The notes under the pieces: model-generated | Told to the model about the DNA's origin: nothing | The model's input: only the letters and a program-made list of their open reading frames with translations | Database searches by the model: none | NCBI GenBank assembly: GCA_043817235.1 | Contig: JBDRHA010000003.1 | Span: forward strand, 1 to 61,429 | Direction of reading: 5' to 3' | Length of the DNA stretch: 61,429 nucleotides | Source of the DNA: Candidatus Shapirobacteria bacterium | GTDB taxonomy: Bacteria; Patescibacteriota; Microgenomatia; UBA12405; BS750m-G30 | Position numbers and translations under genes: made by a program | Part shown: positions 8,933 through 17,787 of the stretch, in pieces | Layout: each line of letters starts with the position of its first letter | How positions within the stretch are numbered: position 1 is the first letter of the stretch

Positions 8933-10805
8933 GCGAAGGGCTAGGTGGCGGTGAGCTGGGAGCAGTGGTCGGACTGGGACTAGGGCTTTCAGGGGTGGGG
9001 GTCGGTGTGGGCGAAGGCTCCCAATCCCAAGGAACATTCACGCCAAGCTTAACTTCCTTTTGCCCAGTATTTCCCTCCACATCTTCCAAGACGGCTTTGA
9101 GAGTATAAGTGCCGTCTTTTAAGGTAATCTCTTTTTCAAAGGGACTTTCGTTTAAAATAAATTTTTCTTTCTCGTTGACATAAACTCTTACTTCTTTGAC
9201 CTGTTTAATTGAGTGAGGGCTAAGCTTTACTAAAAAAGTATTTTCCATAGTAGATTGATCACCCGGGGTGTCTATGCCAATATCTAAAAATCCCTCGCCT
9301 TGGCCGCAGTATTCTGTCGGCGGGTGATAGCGCCCATCAGACAAGGAAGCAACCCAGACATCAATGCCTTCTTGCCAACGATTTTTACCATCAGTAGAAA
9401 CCAAGTCATCTTCCTTAAAGATAAAATATTCCTTTTGATCATAGTCTCCGCTGGCCGCCTGGGCGGGAGTAGCCAATTTGTCTTGGTTTCGGCAAAGCTT
9501 AAGCAAAGCATGAACCGGATCAGCGCCCACCGGCTCTGTGCCTTTAATGAAGTATTCCGTTTTTTCAGCAAAACCATCGTGAGCCCGATACCCAGATATT
9601 TTATCCACCTGAGCGGTAACAACTGAATCCGGCACAGCAAAGTCTTTTTTGGGCAAACTAGACAATGCGGCCAAAATTACTTTTCTCCAAATGGGCGCTG
9701 CTCCAGTAATTCCTGAAGCAATTCGGCTCATAGCTGAATTATCATTATTGCCAACCCAAGCACCAACGAGCACTCCCGGAGTCCAGCCAATTGTCCAGTT
9801 GTCACGCATGTCGTTAGTTGTTCCAGTCTTTACCGCTACCTTAATTCCAGTAATGTTTAAAGAGCTATTTAGCCCAAAAGCGAGCGAGCGGGCATTATTA
9901 TCAGACAAGATATCGCTAATAATAAAAGCCGCTCCCGGCGACAATACTTGAGAACCTTTCTCGCTCTTAAAACTTTCTAAGAGTTTTCCGTCGCGGTCTT
10001 CCACTTTTAAAATAGCAACTGATTCCTGCCTTAATCCACCATTGGCAAAAGCTGAGTAAGCCGAAGCCAGATCAATAAGCTTTACCTCTCCGCCGCCTAA
10101 GGTTACTGCCAAACCGAACCGCCGGAGATTTTCAGCCGTAGGCTCCAAAGTAGAAAGACCCATTTGGTAAGCCTTGGAAATCATGGGCTCAATTCCCACC
10201 TTGGCCAGTATTTTTACCGCCGCTACGTTAATAGAGTTAGCCAAAGCCTCGCGCAGTAAAAGGGGACCATGATATTCACCGTCATAATTAACCGGAACAT
10301 AATCAGGCTGACCCTTAGAGGGAAAAACTGTTTTTGTATCCATAATTAAAGTAGAGGCGGTATAGTTCTTTTCCAAAGCCAAGGCATAAGTTATCGGCTT
10401 AATAGCCGAGCCTGGCTGTCTTAAGCCCTGGGTAGCAACATTAAACTTACCGGGAATATCCTCAGCAAAATAGTCTTTAGATCCGACCATAGATAAAATC
10501 TCTCCAGTCTGAGGATCCACTGCCATCACCGCCGCGTTGCTTATTTTATAAGCGCTCATCTTTTCTACTTCGTCTTTGACGATCTTTTCCACCTTTTCCT
10601 GAAGCTCCAAGTCTAGGGTTGTAGTCACCTTCAACCCGCCTTGCTCTACTAATTCCTCTCCATATTTTTCGGCTAGAATAGACTTAACATAGGCGACAAA
10701 ATGGGGAGCAGAAAGATAGTTTTTGCTTTCGCTAAACTGAATATCAGCTGCTTCTTTCAAAACCTTCTCTTCCTCATCAGGCGTAAGATAATCATCCTCA
10801 ACCAT
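8916..10805 (-). CDS. ponA: Penicillin-binding protein 1A, C-terminal fragment (transpeptidase + extra C-terminal module); frame continues upstream to about 10857
   Basis: Transpeptidase motifs (PGSAIKP = SxxK, SINV, KTGTTND = KTG); in-frame upstream codons read SDTPDAYLDRTKNVVRRMVEDD, which joins onto the GT51 fragment. Confidence 0.85.
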   Translation of the reverse strand: MVEDDYLTPDEEEKVLKEAADIQFSESKNYLSAPHFVAYVKSILAEKYGEELVEQGGLKVTTTLDLELQEKVEKIVKDEVEKMSAYKISNAAVMAVDPQTGEILSMVGSKDYFAEDIPGKFNVATQGLRQPGSAIKPITYALALEKNYTASTLIMDTKTVFPSKGQPDYVPVNYDGEYHGPLLLREALANSINVAAVKILAKVGIEPMISKAYQMGLSTLEPTAENLRRFGLAVTLGGGEVKLIDLASAYSAFANGGLRQESVAILKVEDRDGKLLESFKSEKGSQVLSPGAAFIISDILSDNNARSLAFGLNSSLNITGIKVAVKTGTTNDMRDNWTIGWTPGVLVGAWVGNNDNSAMSRIASGITGAAPIWRKVILAALSSLPKKDFAVPDSVVTAQVDKISGYRAHDGFAEKTEYFIKGTEPVGADPVHALLKLCRNQDKLATPAQAASGDYDQKEYFIFKEDDLVSTDGKNRWQEGIDVWVASLSDGRYHPPTEYCGQGEGFLDIGIDTPGDQSTMENTFLVKLSPHSIKQVKEVRVYVNEKEKFILNESPFEKEITLKDGTYTLKAVLEDVEGNTGQKEVKLGVNVPWDWEPSPTPTPTPESPSPSPTTAPSSPPPSPSPTLSP

Positions 10806-10831
10806 TCGACGAACAACATTTTTCGTGCGGT

Positions 10832-11560
10832 CTAAGTAAGCATCAGGAGTATCGGAAAAGGAGAATAAACAGATGGCCGCTGAGGAAGGCCAGCCAAAAT
10901 TACCGACTCCGCTAAACTAAGATCAGAAACATTTTTGTCGAAATATTGTTCTGCCGCCGCTCCTACTCCCCAAGCCGAGCCCCCGTATGGGGCTTCGTTT
11001 AAATACATGAGCAAAATCTCATCTTTAGTGTATTTGCGCTCCGTTTGCAAAGAAAGAATAAATTCTTTAAATTTGCGCGGCAAAGTTCTTTCCGAACTTA
11101 AAAGAACATTTTTAATCAGCTGCTGGGTTAAGGTAGACCCACCTTGCAGCCGGTGGTGAACAACAATATTGAAAAACGCCCGGGCAATTCCTCCGACACT
11201 AAAACCGGGATGAGAATAAAAGTGCTTATCTTCTATAGCAATCGTCGCCCACTTCAAATAATCCGGAACTTGCTCCCAAGTCACCGGAGTTCGCTTGGCC
11301 TCTTTATAAACATCATAAATCACTTCTCCGTTCCGATCGTAAATTCGGGTAGTAAACCCTTCTTTGCGCACTAGCTGATTAGGGGAGGGAAGATCGCGCG
11401 AATACCAGGTTAGCAGCCCTAAAAAAAGCAAAAAACCTAAAACAACTACGCCAAAAGCGCCAATGCTAACCCATAGCCAGAACCTTCCTTTTATCTTCTG
11501 GTCCAGCCAGTAGCAAACACGAAGATACCTCCTTCGCCAAAGTCTTTTTATATTGGCCAT
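10832..11560 (-). CDS. ponA: Penicillin-binding protein 1A, N-terminal fragment (TM anchor + GT51 glycosyltransferase)
   Basis: IAIEDKHFYSHPG, GGSTLTQQLIKN, RKFKEFILSLQTERKYTKDEILLMYLN GT51 motifs; ends at a premature stop after GLPQRPSVYSPF; ATG at 11560. Confidence 0.85.
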   Translation of the reverse strand: MANIKRLWRRRYLRVCYWLDQKIKGRFWLWVSIGAFGVVVLGFLLFLGLLTWYSRDLPSPNQLVRKEGFTTRIYDRNGEVIYDVYKEAKRTPVTWEQVPDYLKWATIAIEDKHFYSHPGFSVGGIARAFFNIVVHHRLQGGSTLTQQLIKNVLLSSERTLPRKFKEFILSLQTERKYTKDEILLMYLNEAPYGGSAWGVGAAAEQYFDKNVSDLSLAESVILAGLPQRPSVYSPFPILLMLT

Positions 11561-11751
11561 ATATAAATTACATTTTACCAAAAAATTATGTTTTTACCAA
11601 AAGTAAAATGCTATACTTTAAAAAAATGAAATTAAAAAAAGTGCTTAAGGGCAATAATCTAATCAAAGCGGCGATCATTATCGCTTCGCTTTCCTTGCTC
11701 GCTAGCAGCTTTTTACCGCTTTTATCTTTGTTTCGCTAAGTAAGCTAAAAA

Positions 11752-13740
11752 ATGCCTGAGCTGAAAGCAGATACCCCGATTCAATATCTTAAAGGCGTGG
11801 GGCCGAAAATGGCCAAAAAATTAGCTAAAATTAATATTAAAACCGCCTGGGATTTGTTGACCTATTTTCCTTTTCGCTACCAAAACTACGGTTTGGTCAC
11901 TCCTATTGAAAAACTTCAAGAAGGAGAGGCGGTTACTATTGTGGGCGAGATCAGACAAATAAGTAATCAATATACCCGAAGCAAAAAGCAAATCCAAAAA
12001 GCGGTGGTGGAAGACAGCACTGGCCAGCTTTTAGTTTCTTGGTTTAATCAGCCCTTTTTACTGCGGTTTCTTAGAAAGAATATAGTTGTTTCCCTTTCCG
12101 GAAAAATCCAAAAATATAACTCCAAACTGACCTTAGTTTCTCCGGACTACGAGCTAATAAGGCCAGGCCAGGCAACGATTCATACCGGCCGGCTTGTTCC
12201 GGTTTATTCGGAAACTTCCGGAATAAGCTCTAAATATCTTCGCAAACTTATTACTAATCTTCTTCCGCTAATTAAAGAAGAAATAAAAGAAGTTCTTCCG
12301 GTAAAAATAATTATTGACCAAAAACTTTTGCCGCGAAAAGAAGCATTTCTTAAGGTCCATTTTCCGGAAAGCAAACTCGCCGCCAAAAAAGCCCGGCACC
12401 GGCTTGCTTTTGAAGAACTATTTTTTTTACAATTAAAAATCCTAAAAAGAAAAAGGGCGCGCGAAAAAGAGCAAAAATCCTTCGCTTGGAAAATAGGCGA
12501 TAAAAAGCTAGAGAAAAAAATAAAGGAGTTTAAAAAAAGTTTCCCGTTTTTGCTTACTGCTTCCCAACAAAAAGCTGGCAAGGAAATAATCGCCAGTTTA
12601 AAAAAAGAATTTTGTGTCCAGCATCTGCTTTGCGGCGATGTAGGCTCTGGAAAAACAGTCGTTGCCGCTTTAGCCGCTTACGCGGTTTTGCTTAACGGTC
12701 ACTCGGTTGCTTTTCTTGCTCCGACTGAAATTCTTAGCTTTCAGCACTATCAAACTTTAAAAAAAATATTTTCTCCTTTTAATATTCCAGTAGAACTTAT
12801 AACCTCCAGTCAAAAAATTAGAAAAAGAGGCAGAGCAAAGATAATTTTAGGAACCCATGCCCTTCTTCATGAGAAAACTATTAATAATCTTGGACTGGTG
12901 ATCATTGATGAACAACAAAGATTTGGAGTAAAACAAAGAAGCAGGCTTTTGGCCAAAGGCAAGGAAGATTTTTACCCTCATTCGCTGATAATGACTGCAA
13001 CTCCTATTCCCCGAACGATTGCCCAAACTCTTTACGGCGACTTAGAAGTATCTATATTAACTGATCAGCCGCCGGGAAGAAGAAAAGTGGCTACTTTCAT
13101 TATCGCTAAAAAAGATAGAAAAAAATGCTATGTGTGGCTAAAAAAGGAAATAAAGAAAAATAAAATTCAGGCTTTTATTATCTGCCCGCTTATTGAGCCA
13201 TCGGAAACCTTAAAAACCGTTAAAGCGGCCAATAAAGAATTCGCCACTCTCCAAAAAAATATTTTTCCGGAACTTAAACTTTGCCTCCTTCATGGCCGAA
13301 TGAAAGGTAAAGAAAAGGAAGAAATACTTCATAAGATGCAAAAAAGAAAAATAGACATCTTAGTTACCACTCCGGTAGTAGAGGTCGGCATTGATCTGCC
13401 TTACGCGGCTGTGATGATTATTGAAGCAGCTGACCGCTTTGGCCTATCTGCTCTTCACCAGCTAAGAGGCCGGATTGGGAGAGGGGAGCACAAATCTTAT
13501 TGTTTTCTTTTTTCCGAAGAACCGGGTAAAAAAGCTCAAAAAAGACTAAAAGCCTTAACTCGGTATCACCAAGGGCTAAAACTAGCTAAATTGGACTTAA
13601 AATGGCGCGGGCCGGGAGAAATGTTCGGTCTTAAGCAACACGGCTTTCTTAAGCTAAAAATAGCCAACTTTAATGACCTGCCTTTGCTTGCGGCCGCCAA
13701 AAGAGAAGCTTGCAAGCTGGCTGATAAATCGGTAAAATAG
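11752..13740 (+). CDS. recG: ATP-dependent DNA helicase RecG
   Basis: LKGVGPKMAKKLAKINIKTAWDLLTYFPFRY wedge-domain start, Walker A GDVGSGKT, DEQQRFGV, TATPIPRT, helicase C motifs QLRGRIGRG. Confidence 0.9.
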   Translation: MPELKADTPIQYLKGVGPKMAKKLAKINIKTAWDLLTYFPFRYQNYGLVTPIEKLQEGEAVTIVGEIRQISNQYTRSKKQIQKAVVEDSTGQLLVSWFNQPFLLRFLRKNIVVSLSGKIQKYNSKLTLVSPDYELIRPGQATIHTGRLVPVYSETSGISSKYLRKLITNLLPLIKEEIKEVLPVKIIIDQKLLPRKEAFLKVHFPESKLAAKKARHRLAFEELFFLQLKILKRKRAREKEQKSFAWKIGDKKLEKKIKEFKKSFPFLLTASQQKAGKEIIASLKKEFCVQHLLCGDVGSGKTVVAALAAYAVLLNGHSVAFLAPTEILSFQHYQTLKKIFSPFNIPVELITSSQKIRKRGRAKIILGTHALLHEKTINNLGLVIIDEQQRFGVKQRSRLLAKGKEDFYPHSLIMTATPIPRTIAQTLYGDLEVSILTDQPPGRRKVATFIIAKKDRKKCYVWLKKEIKKNKIQAFIICPLIEPSETLKTVKAANKEFATLQKNIFPELKLCLLHGRMKGKEKEEILHKMQKRKIDILVTTPVVEVGIDLPYAAVMIIEAADRFGLSALHQLRGRIGRGEHKSYCFLFSEEPGKKAQKRLKALTRYHQGLKLAKLDLKWRGPGEMFGLKQHGFLKLKIANFNDLPLLAAAKREACKLADKSVK

Positions 13741-13746
13741 TCTGTT

Positions 13747-13965
13747 ATGGGTGCATTACCAAAAAGAAAACCATCTACTCATCGCCAAGGACGGAGAAGA
13801 AGTACTCAAAAACTAACTCTGCCAAAGTTAACTACTTGCCCCGAGTGCAGTGAGAAAAAAATTGCTCACCAAGTTTGCCCAACTTGCGGAAAATGGGGAA
13901 GAGCTAAAAATGAACCAAAATCTGAAAAAAGATCCGAGACACCAGGAAAGAAAAAAAGCCGTTAA
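13747..13965 (+). CDS. rpmF: Ribosomal protein L32 (zinc-ribbon form)
   Basis: ALPKRKPSTHRQGRRRS...CPECSEKKIAHQVCPTCG. Confidence 0.85.
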   Translation: MGALPKRKPSTHRQGRRRSTQKLTLPKLTTCPECSEKKIAHQVCPTCGKWGRAKNEPKSEKRSETPGKKKSR

Positions 13966-15028
13966 AGCTCTTTTTGCTTATACATTTTCCGGATCCAAAA
14001 AAAGCAAAAATTTTAGACTGACTGGCTCTTTGGGTAAAAAAGTTTTAAAAAATATAAAACCGGTTAATCGGACGATTGTTGGTGCCGCTCCAAAATGGCC
14101 GCTGGATAAAATTAACAGAATTGACCTGGCCGTGCTGCAGCTGGCTACCTGGGAACTGCTATACCGAAAGAAAGTGCCTCCCAAAGTAGTAATTAATGAG
14201 GCGGTAGAACTTTCTAAGGAGTATGGAGGCGAAACCAGCCCCGGATTTGTCAATGGAGTTTTAGGCACAATTTATAAAGATTTATTTGAAAAAAGAATTC
14301 AAAAAAAAAGGAAAGTCATGGAAAAAATAGAAAAATTGGAAAAAAAACTCAAAGTTAAATTTATCAACCCTGGCCTTTTAAAAAAGGCTCTTGTTCACCG
14401 CTCCTGGGTAAATGAAAATTTAGGCAAAGTCAAAGAGAGCAACGAGCGGCTAGAGTTTTTGGGAGACGCCGTTTTGGAATATTGGACTACCAAAAACCTT
14501 TTTCAATTTTTCCCAAAATTACCTGAAGGGTCTTTAACTAATATAAGGGCCGCTTTAGTAAGAACCGAAAATCTGGCGGTAAAAAGCCTAGATTTAACAA
14601 TTGATCGAGCCTTGTTTTTGGGTAAAGGAGAAGAGCAGGGAGGGGGGAGAGAGAATGTTTCTTTATTAGCCGATGCCTTTGAAGCAGTTTTAGGAGCAGT
14701 TTATCTTGACCAGGGTCTAGCCCAGACAGAAAAGTTTTTAAATAGGATTTTCTTAAAAGATCTGCAGAAATTAGGGAAAAAAGGCGATATCAAAGATGCC
14801 AAAACTCTGCTTCAAGAGCTCACCCAAGAAAAAAAGAAAATAACTCCGGACTATCGGGTAATAAAAGAATATGGGCCGGAACATGATAAAACCTTTGAGG
14901 TTGGAGTCTATTTAGGCAAGAAAAAAATCGCCAGCGCCCCGGGGCATTCCAAAAAAGAAGCCCAAGAAGCATCTGCGGCCAAAGCATTGACTGTTTTGAA
15001 AAAGAAAGATAAAATTACTCCATGTTAA
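13910..15028 (+). CDS. NusB-like domain fused in frame to RNase III
   Basis: N-part RHQERKKAVKALFAY...DLAVLQLATWELLY...VVINEAVELSKEYGGETSPGFVNGVLG (NusB); C-part ERLEFLGDAVLEY, DAFEAVLGAVYLD and a dsRBD (RNase III); no stop between them; internal ATG 14318 with an AGGA upstream. Confidence 0.7.
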   Translation: MNQNLKKDPRHQERKKAVKALFAYTFSGSKKSKNFRLTGSLGKKVLKNIKPVNRTIVGAAPKWPLDKINRIDLAVLQLATWELLYRKKVPPKVVINEAVELSKEYGGETSPGFVNGVLGTIYKDLFEKRIQKKRKVMEKIEKLEKKLKVKFINPGLLKKALVHRSWVNENLGKVKESNERLEFLGDAVLEYWTTKNLFQFFPKLPEGSLTNIRAALVRTENLAVKSLDLTIDRALFLGKGEEQGGGRENVSLLADAFEAVLGAVYLDQGLAQTEKFLNRIFLKDLQKLGKKGDIKDAKTLLQELTQEKKKITPDYRVIKEYGPEHDKTFEVGVYLGKKKIASAPGHSKKEAQEASAAKALTVLKKKDKITPC

Positions 15029-15255
15029 AGATCAAACTATTTCAGCGGGGAAAAAAGGGGCAGATAACTTACCGAGTCGTTGTCGCCGAGGCTAAAAGCA
15101 AAAGGGACGGCAAGTTTACTGCTGATCTCGGCCATTGGAACCCCGATAGTAAAACCTTAAAAATTGATCAAAAAGAGCTAGTCTCCTGGCAAGAAAAAGG
15201 CGCCCAATTAACCGAAGGCGTAAGGAAAATCCTAAAAAATGAAAAAATTAGTTAA
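15022..15255 (+). CDS. rpsP: Ribosomal protein S16
   Basis: MLKIKLFQRGKKGQITYRVVVAEAKSKRDGKF. Confidence 0.9.
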   Translation: MLKIKLFQRGKKGQITYRVVVAEAKSKRDGKFTADLGHWNPDSKTLKIDQKELVSWQEKGAQLTEGVRKILKNEKIS

Positions 15256-15475
15256 GTATATTGTTGACCAAATCACTCAGGAAAATAGCCAAGTAGATAT
15301 TTTGGATAAAGGAGGTCAATCTCTTATTCAGGTAAAAATCCCTCAAGAGAAAATCGGGCAAGTAATCGGTCGCCAAGGGAGAGTAATAAAAGCGATCAGG
15401 CAGTTGGTGAACATGAAAGCAGCTAAAGATAGTCTTAACTCCTATTATAAAATTGAAATCACTGACTTAGGCTGA
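15239..15475 (+). CDS. KH-domain RNA-binding protein (YlqC/UPF0109-like)
   Basis: Follows rpsP as in many bacteria; IGQVIGRQGRVIKAIRQLV = GxxG KH motif. Confidence 0.8.
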   Translation: MKKLVKYIVDQITQENSQVDILDKGGQSLIQVKIPQEKIGQVIGRQGRVIKAIRQLVNMKAAKDSLNSYYKIEITDLG

Positions 15476-16211
15476 AAGGATTATCTCTCCCAAGTATCAC
15501 TGGCACCAAGTCCTGACTTGTGAGGATTGAAGAAATACCTGCTTTCTCAAAACCATCCAATCTGACAAGAAGCTTTTCCTCCTCATCAGAAATAGTTAAA
15601 TCTTTTAAGCTTAGTTTTTCCGGGTCAAAACTGGGCAAACGGCTGCTTACCGAAAGGTAAAAATTAAAATTTGCGGTTACTCTTCCAGCTTCGCTATAGC
15701 TGGCCCTAACTTCGGTAAGGGAAATAACTGGCAAAACGTTTTCCATGTCCTCAATCAAAGAAGATAGTTTTTCACCTGAGCCTAAAACGCGCATTACTGC
15801 CGGTATCTGATCAATTGGTTTTTTGGTGCTTTTCAGTTCCTCCTCTCTTGCTTCCTCACTTCCAGAAACCACTTCACCCAAATTAAACTCCAGCTGGTCA
15901 GTATAAAAATCATTGTTTCTAACCGGTTCATTCAAGGCATAAAGAATTAGGCTTATATCTTTTTCTTTGGGCATCGCTAAGTTAGAAAGCTCAGCCTTAT
16001 GGTCTAAATCACTTTCGCTAAGAGTGCTAACCAGCTGGGCTTTGGCTAAAAAATCTTTTTTAGACTGAACAATTTTTTCATTTTCATGAAATTGTTTTTT
16101 TACTTTTTTAACCCGAGGAATCACTAAAAGCAAACTAATTAAAATAATAAATAAAAGTCCCCCGATGGGAATAAGCAACTTTTTTAAATAACTATCGCTA
16201 TTTAATTCCAT
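15459..16211 (-). CDS. pilO: PilO-like type IV pilus assembly protein (by position and topology)
   Basis: Third gene after pilM-pilN; single N-terminal TM helix (LLIPIGGLLFIILISLLLVI), coiled-coil then globular domain; no direct motif. Confidence 0.5.
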   Translation of the reverse strand: MELNSDSYLKKLLIPIGGLLFIILISLLLVIPRVKKVKKQFHENEKIVQSKKDFLAKAQLVSTLSESDLDHKAELSNLAMPKEKDISLILYALNEPVRNNDFYTDQLEFNLGEVVSGSEEAREEELKSTKKPIDQIPAVMRVLGSGEKLSSLIEDMENVLPVISLTEVRASYSEAGRVTANFNFYLSVSSRLPSFDPEKLSLKDLTISDEEEKLLVRLDGFEKAGISSILTSQDLVPVILGRDNPFSLSQ

Positions 16212-16732
16212 TGGATTTTTAAAGAAAAACTAACTTGGCCATTTGCCTCAAGACCTAAATTTTCTAAAAGCGCAGTCTGATAATCGTTATTATTTAATTT
16301 TTCTTCAAACCTTTTAAATTCAGTCAGGGTAGGAAAGCGTCCTCGCAAAGAAAGGTCGTCCTTAGCAATAGCCAAATTAGACAATTCTGTTTGTTTGCCT
16401 ACAAGCTCTTCCAAATTTCTTATTCCCTGGCCAAAAGGGTATCTGCTTTCTAAGGTTTGAGCCACCAGCTTGGTTCGAAAACGCAATATTTGAAGATCAC
16501 TAATCCGATCGCTAAATTCAAAGTATTGGCTCTTTGCATTCTCCAATTCCTGATTGTTCTTGCGTATTAATCGGCCAGAATAGTAATCAAGCAAAAAAAC
16601 CGCCAGAACAACAAGCAAAAAAACTCCCATTATGACCGTAGTTGCTAAATTAACTTTTTTTACAATCTCCAGCTGCTTAAGCTGGAGCCGAGACTTATTC
16701 GGCAGTAAATTTATGCTTATATTTTCTTTCAT
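16202..16732 (-). CDS. pilN: PilN-like type IV pilus assembly protein
   Basis: 4-nt overlap with pilM; short cytoplasmic N-terminus INLLP (PilM-binding motif), TM helix, coiled coil. Confidence 0.6.
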   Translation of the reverse strand: MKENISINLLPNKSRLQLKQLEIVKKVNLATTVIMGVFLLVVLAVFLLDYYSGRLIRKNNQELENAKSQYFEFSDRISDLQILRFRTKLVAQTLESRYPFGQGIRNLEELVGKQTELSNLAIAKDDLSLRGRFPTLTEFKRFEEKLNNNDYQTALLENLGLEANGQVSFSLKIQWN

Positions 16733-17733
16733 TTTTCTCTTTTAGCCAAGCCAACCGATAGCGCAAAACGAGCCAGCTCCTGTTTATCTTCAATAAGCAA
16801 ACGCGCTCCTTCTGCGCTTATCCCTGCCAGCGGCTGGCAAGTTTGCACCTCTATCCCCAATATTTTCACCAGTTCATCTGCCAGCCCAGGCAAAGAAGCT
16901 CCGCCGCCGGAAATTATTAAAAAACCGACCGGCTCTTGCCATTCCTGAGAAAAAGCCAAAAATCCTTTTTTAATTTCCTCGCCTAAATGAATAAAAACTT
17001 CCTGCAGAGACTCTCTAATCTTTCCCTCCCACTCGCCACCCTTAATACCATAGGCTTTTTTGTATTCTTCCGCCTGAAAATCATTCATTCCTAGAGCGCC
17101 ACTTAAAGACCGAGTAAAAGCCTCGCCTCCAAAGGGAACGGTTCGACTAAAATAAATAGATCTATCTTTAGCAACAATCATAGTTGAATCTCGCGCGCCT
17201 AAGTCCAAAACCATTACCGGCTTATCCAGATTTTCAGGGATAATCCGAGCTAGGCTAACAGCTGCAGTTTCTATGGCTACGGGAATCAAGCCTGCTTGAG
17301 TAATAATCTTCTCATAGCTTTCCACCAAGCTCCTTTTGGCTGCCACTGCAAAGGTAAGAATTCTATCAGCCGTCTTGCTGATTATCTGATAGTCAATTTG
17401 CACCTGATCAAGAGGGTGAGGAACAAAAGTTTCCGCCTCATAAAAAATCGCCTTATAGACTTCTTCGTCTTTCATCGGGGGAAAAGAAAGCACCCGACTT
17501 GTTGTTTCTTGCTCTGGCAGAGCTACAACAGCCATCTTTGTTTTAACACCTAAGTCAGCTGTCAGCTTTTTAATCTCCTCAGCTAAGCGGGTTTCGTTGC
17601 TTAGAAGCTGAGTGTGGCCCGTGGGGGTTTTGGTATCAGCTAATCCCAGCAAGCGCCACCCTTCCCCCTTTTTTTCTAAGCAGGAAATCTTTAGAGAGCT
17701 AATTCCTATGTCTATTCCCAGTTGAGCAGTCAT
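16729..17733 (-). CDS. pilM: PilM, actin-like ATPase of the type IV pilus alignment complex
   Basis: GIDIGISSLK, VLDLGARDSTM, IISGGGASLPGLADEL actin/FtsA-fold phosphate motifs. Confidence 0.8.
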   Translation of the reverse strand: MTAQLGIDIGISSLKISCLEKKGEGWRLLGLADTKTPTGHTQLLSNETRLAEEIKKLTADLGVKTKMAVVALPEQETTSRVLSFPPMKDEEVYKAIFYEAETFVPHPLDQVQIDYQIISKTADRILTFAVAAKRSLVESYEKIITQAGLIPVAIETAAVSLARIIPENLDKPVMVLDLGARDSTMIVAKDRSIYFSRTVPFGGEAFTRSLSGALGMNDFQAEEYKKAYGIKGGEWEGKIRESLQEVFIHLGEEIKKGFLAFSQEWQEPVGFLIISGGGASLPGLADELVKILGIEVQTCQPLAGISAEGARLLIEDKQELARFALSVGLAKREK

Positions 17734-17787
17734 ATGTCTTCTATTATATAAACAAATAGTGAAGCGAAAATCAATGGACTAATTACA

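Noticed and set aside
11626-11739. 37-aa ORF (MKLKKVLKGNNLIKAAIIIASLSLLASSFLPLLSLFR) in the PBP1A-recG spacer
   Set aside because: A single hydrophobic helix and an ATG, but no SD. It is too short to support without conservation data, so I have left it unannotated.
13850-13909. Longer start (13850) for the NusB-RNase III ORF
   Set aside because: It would overlap rpmF by 116 nt. NusB homology begins right after the ATG at 13910.
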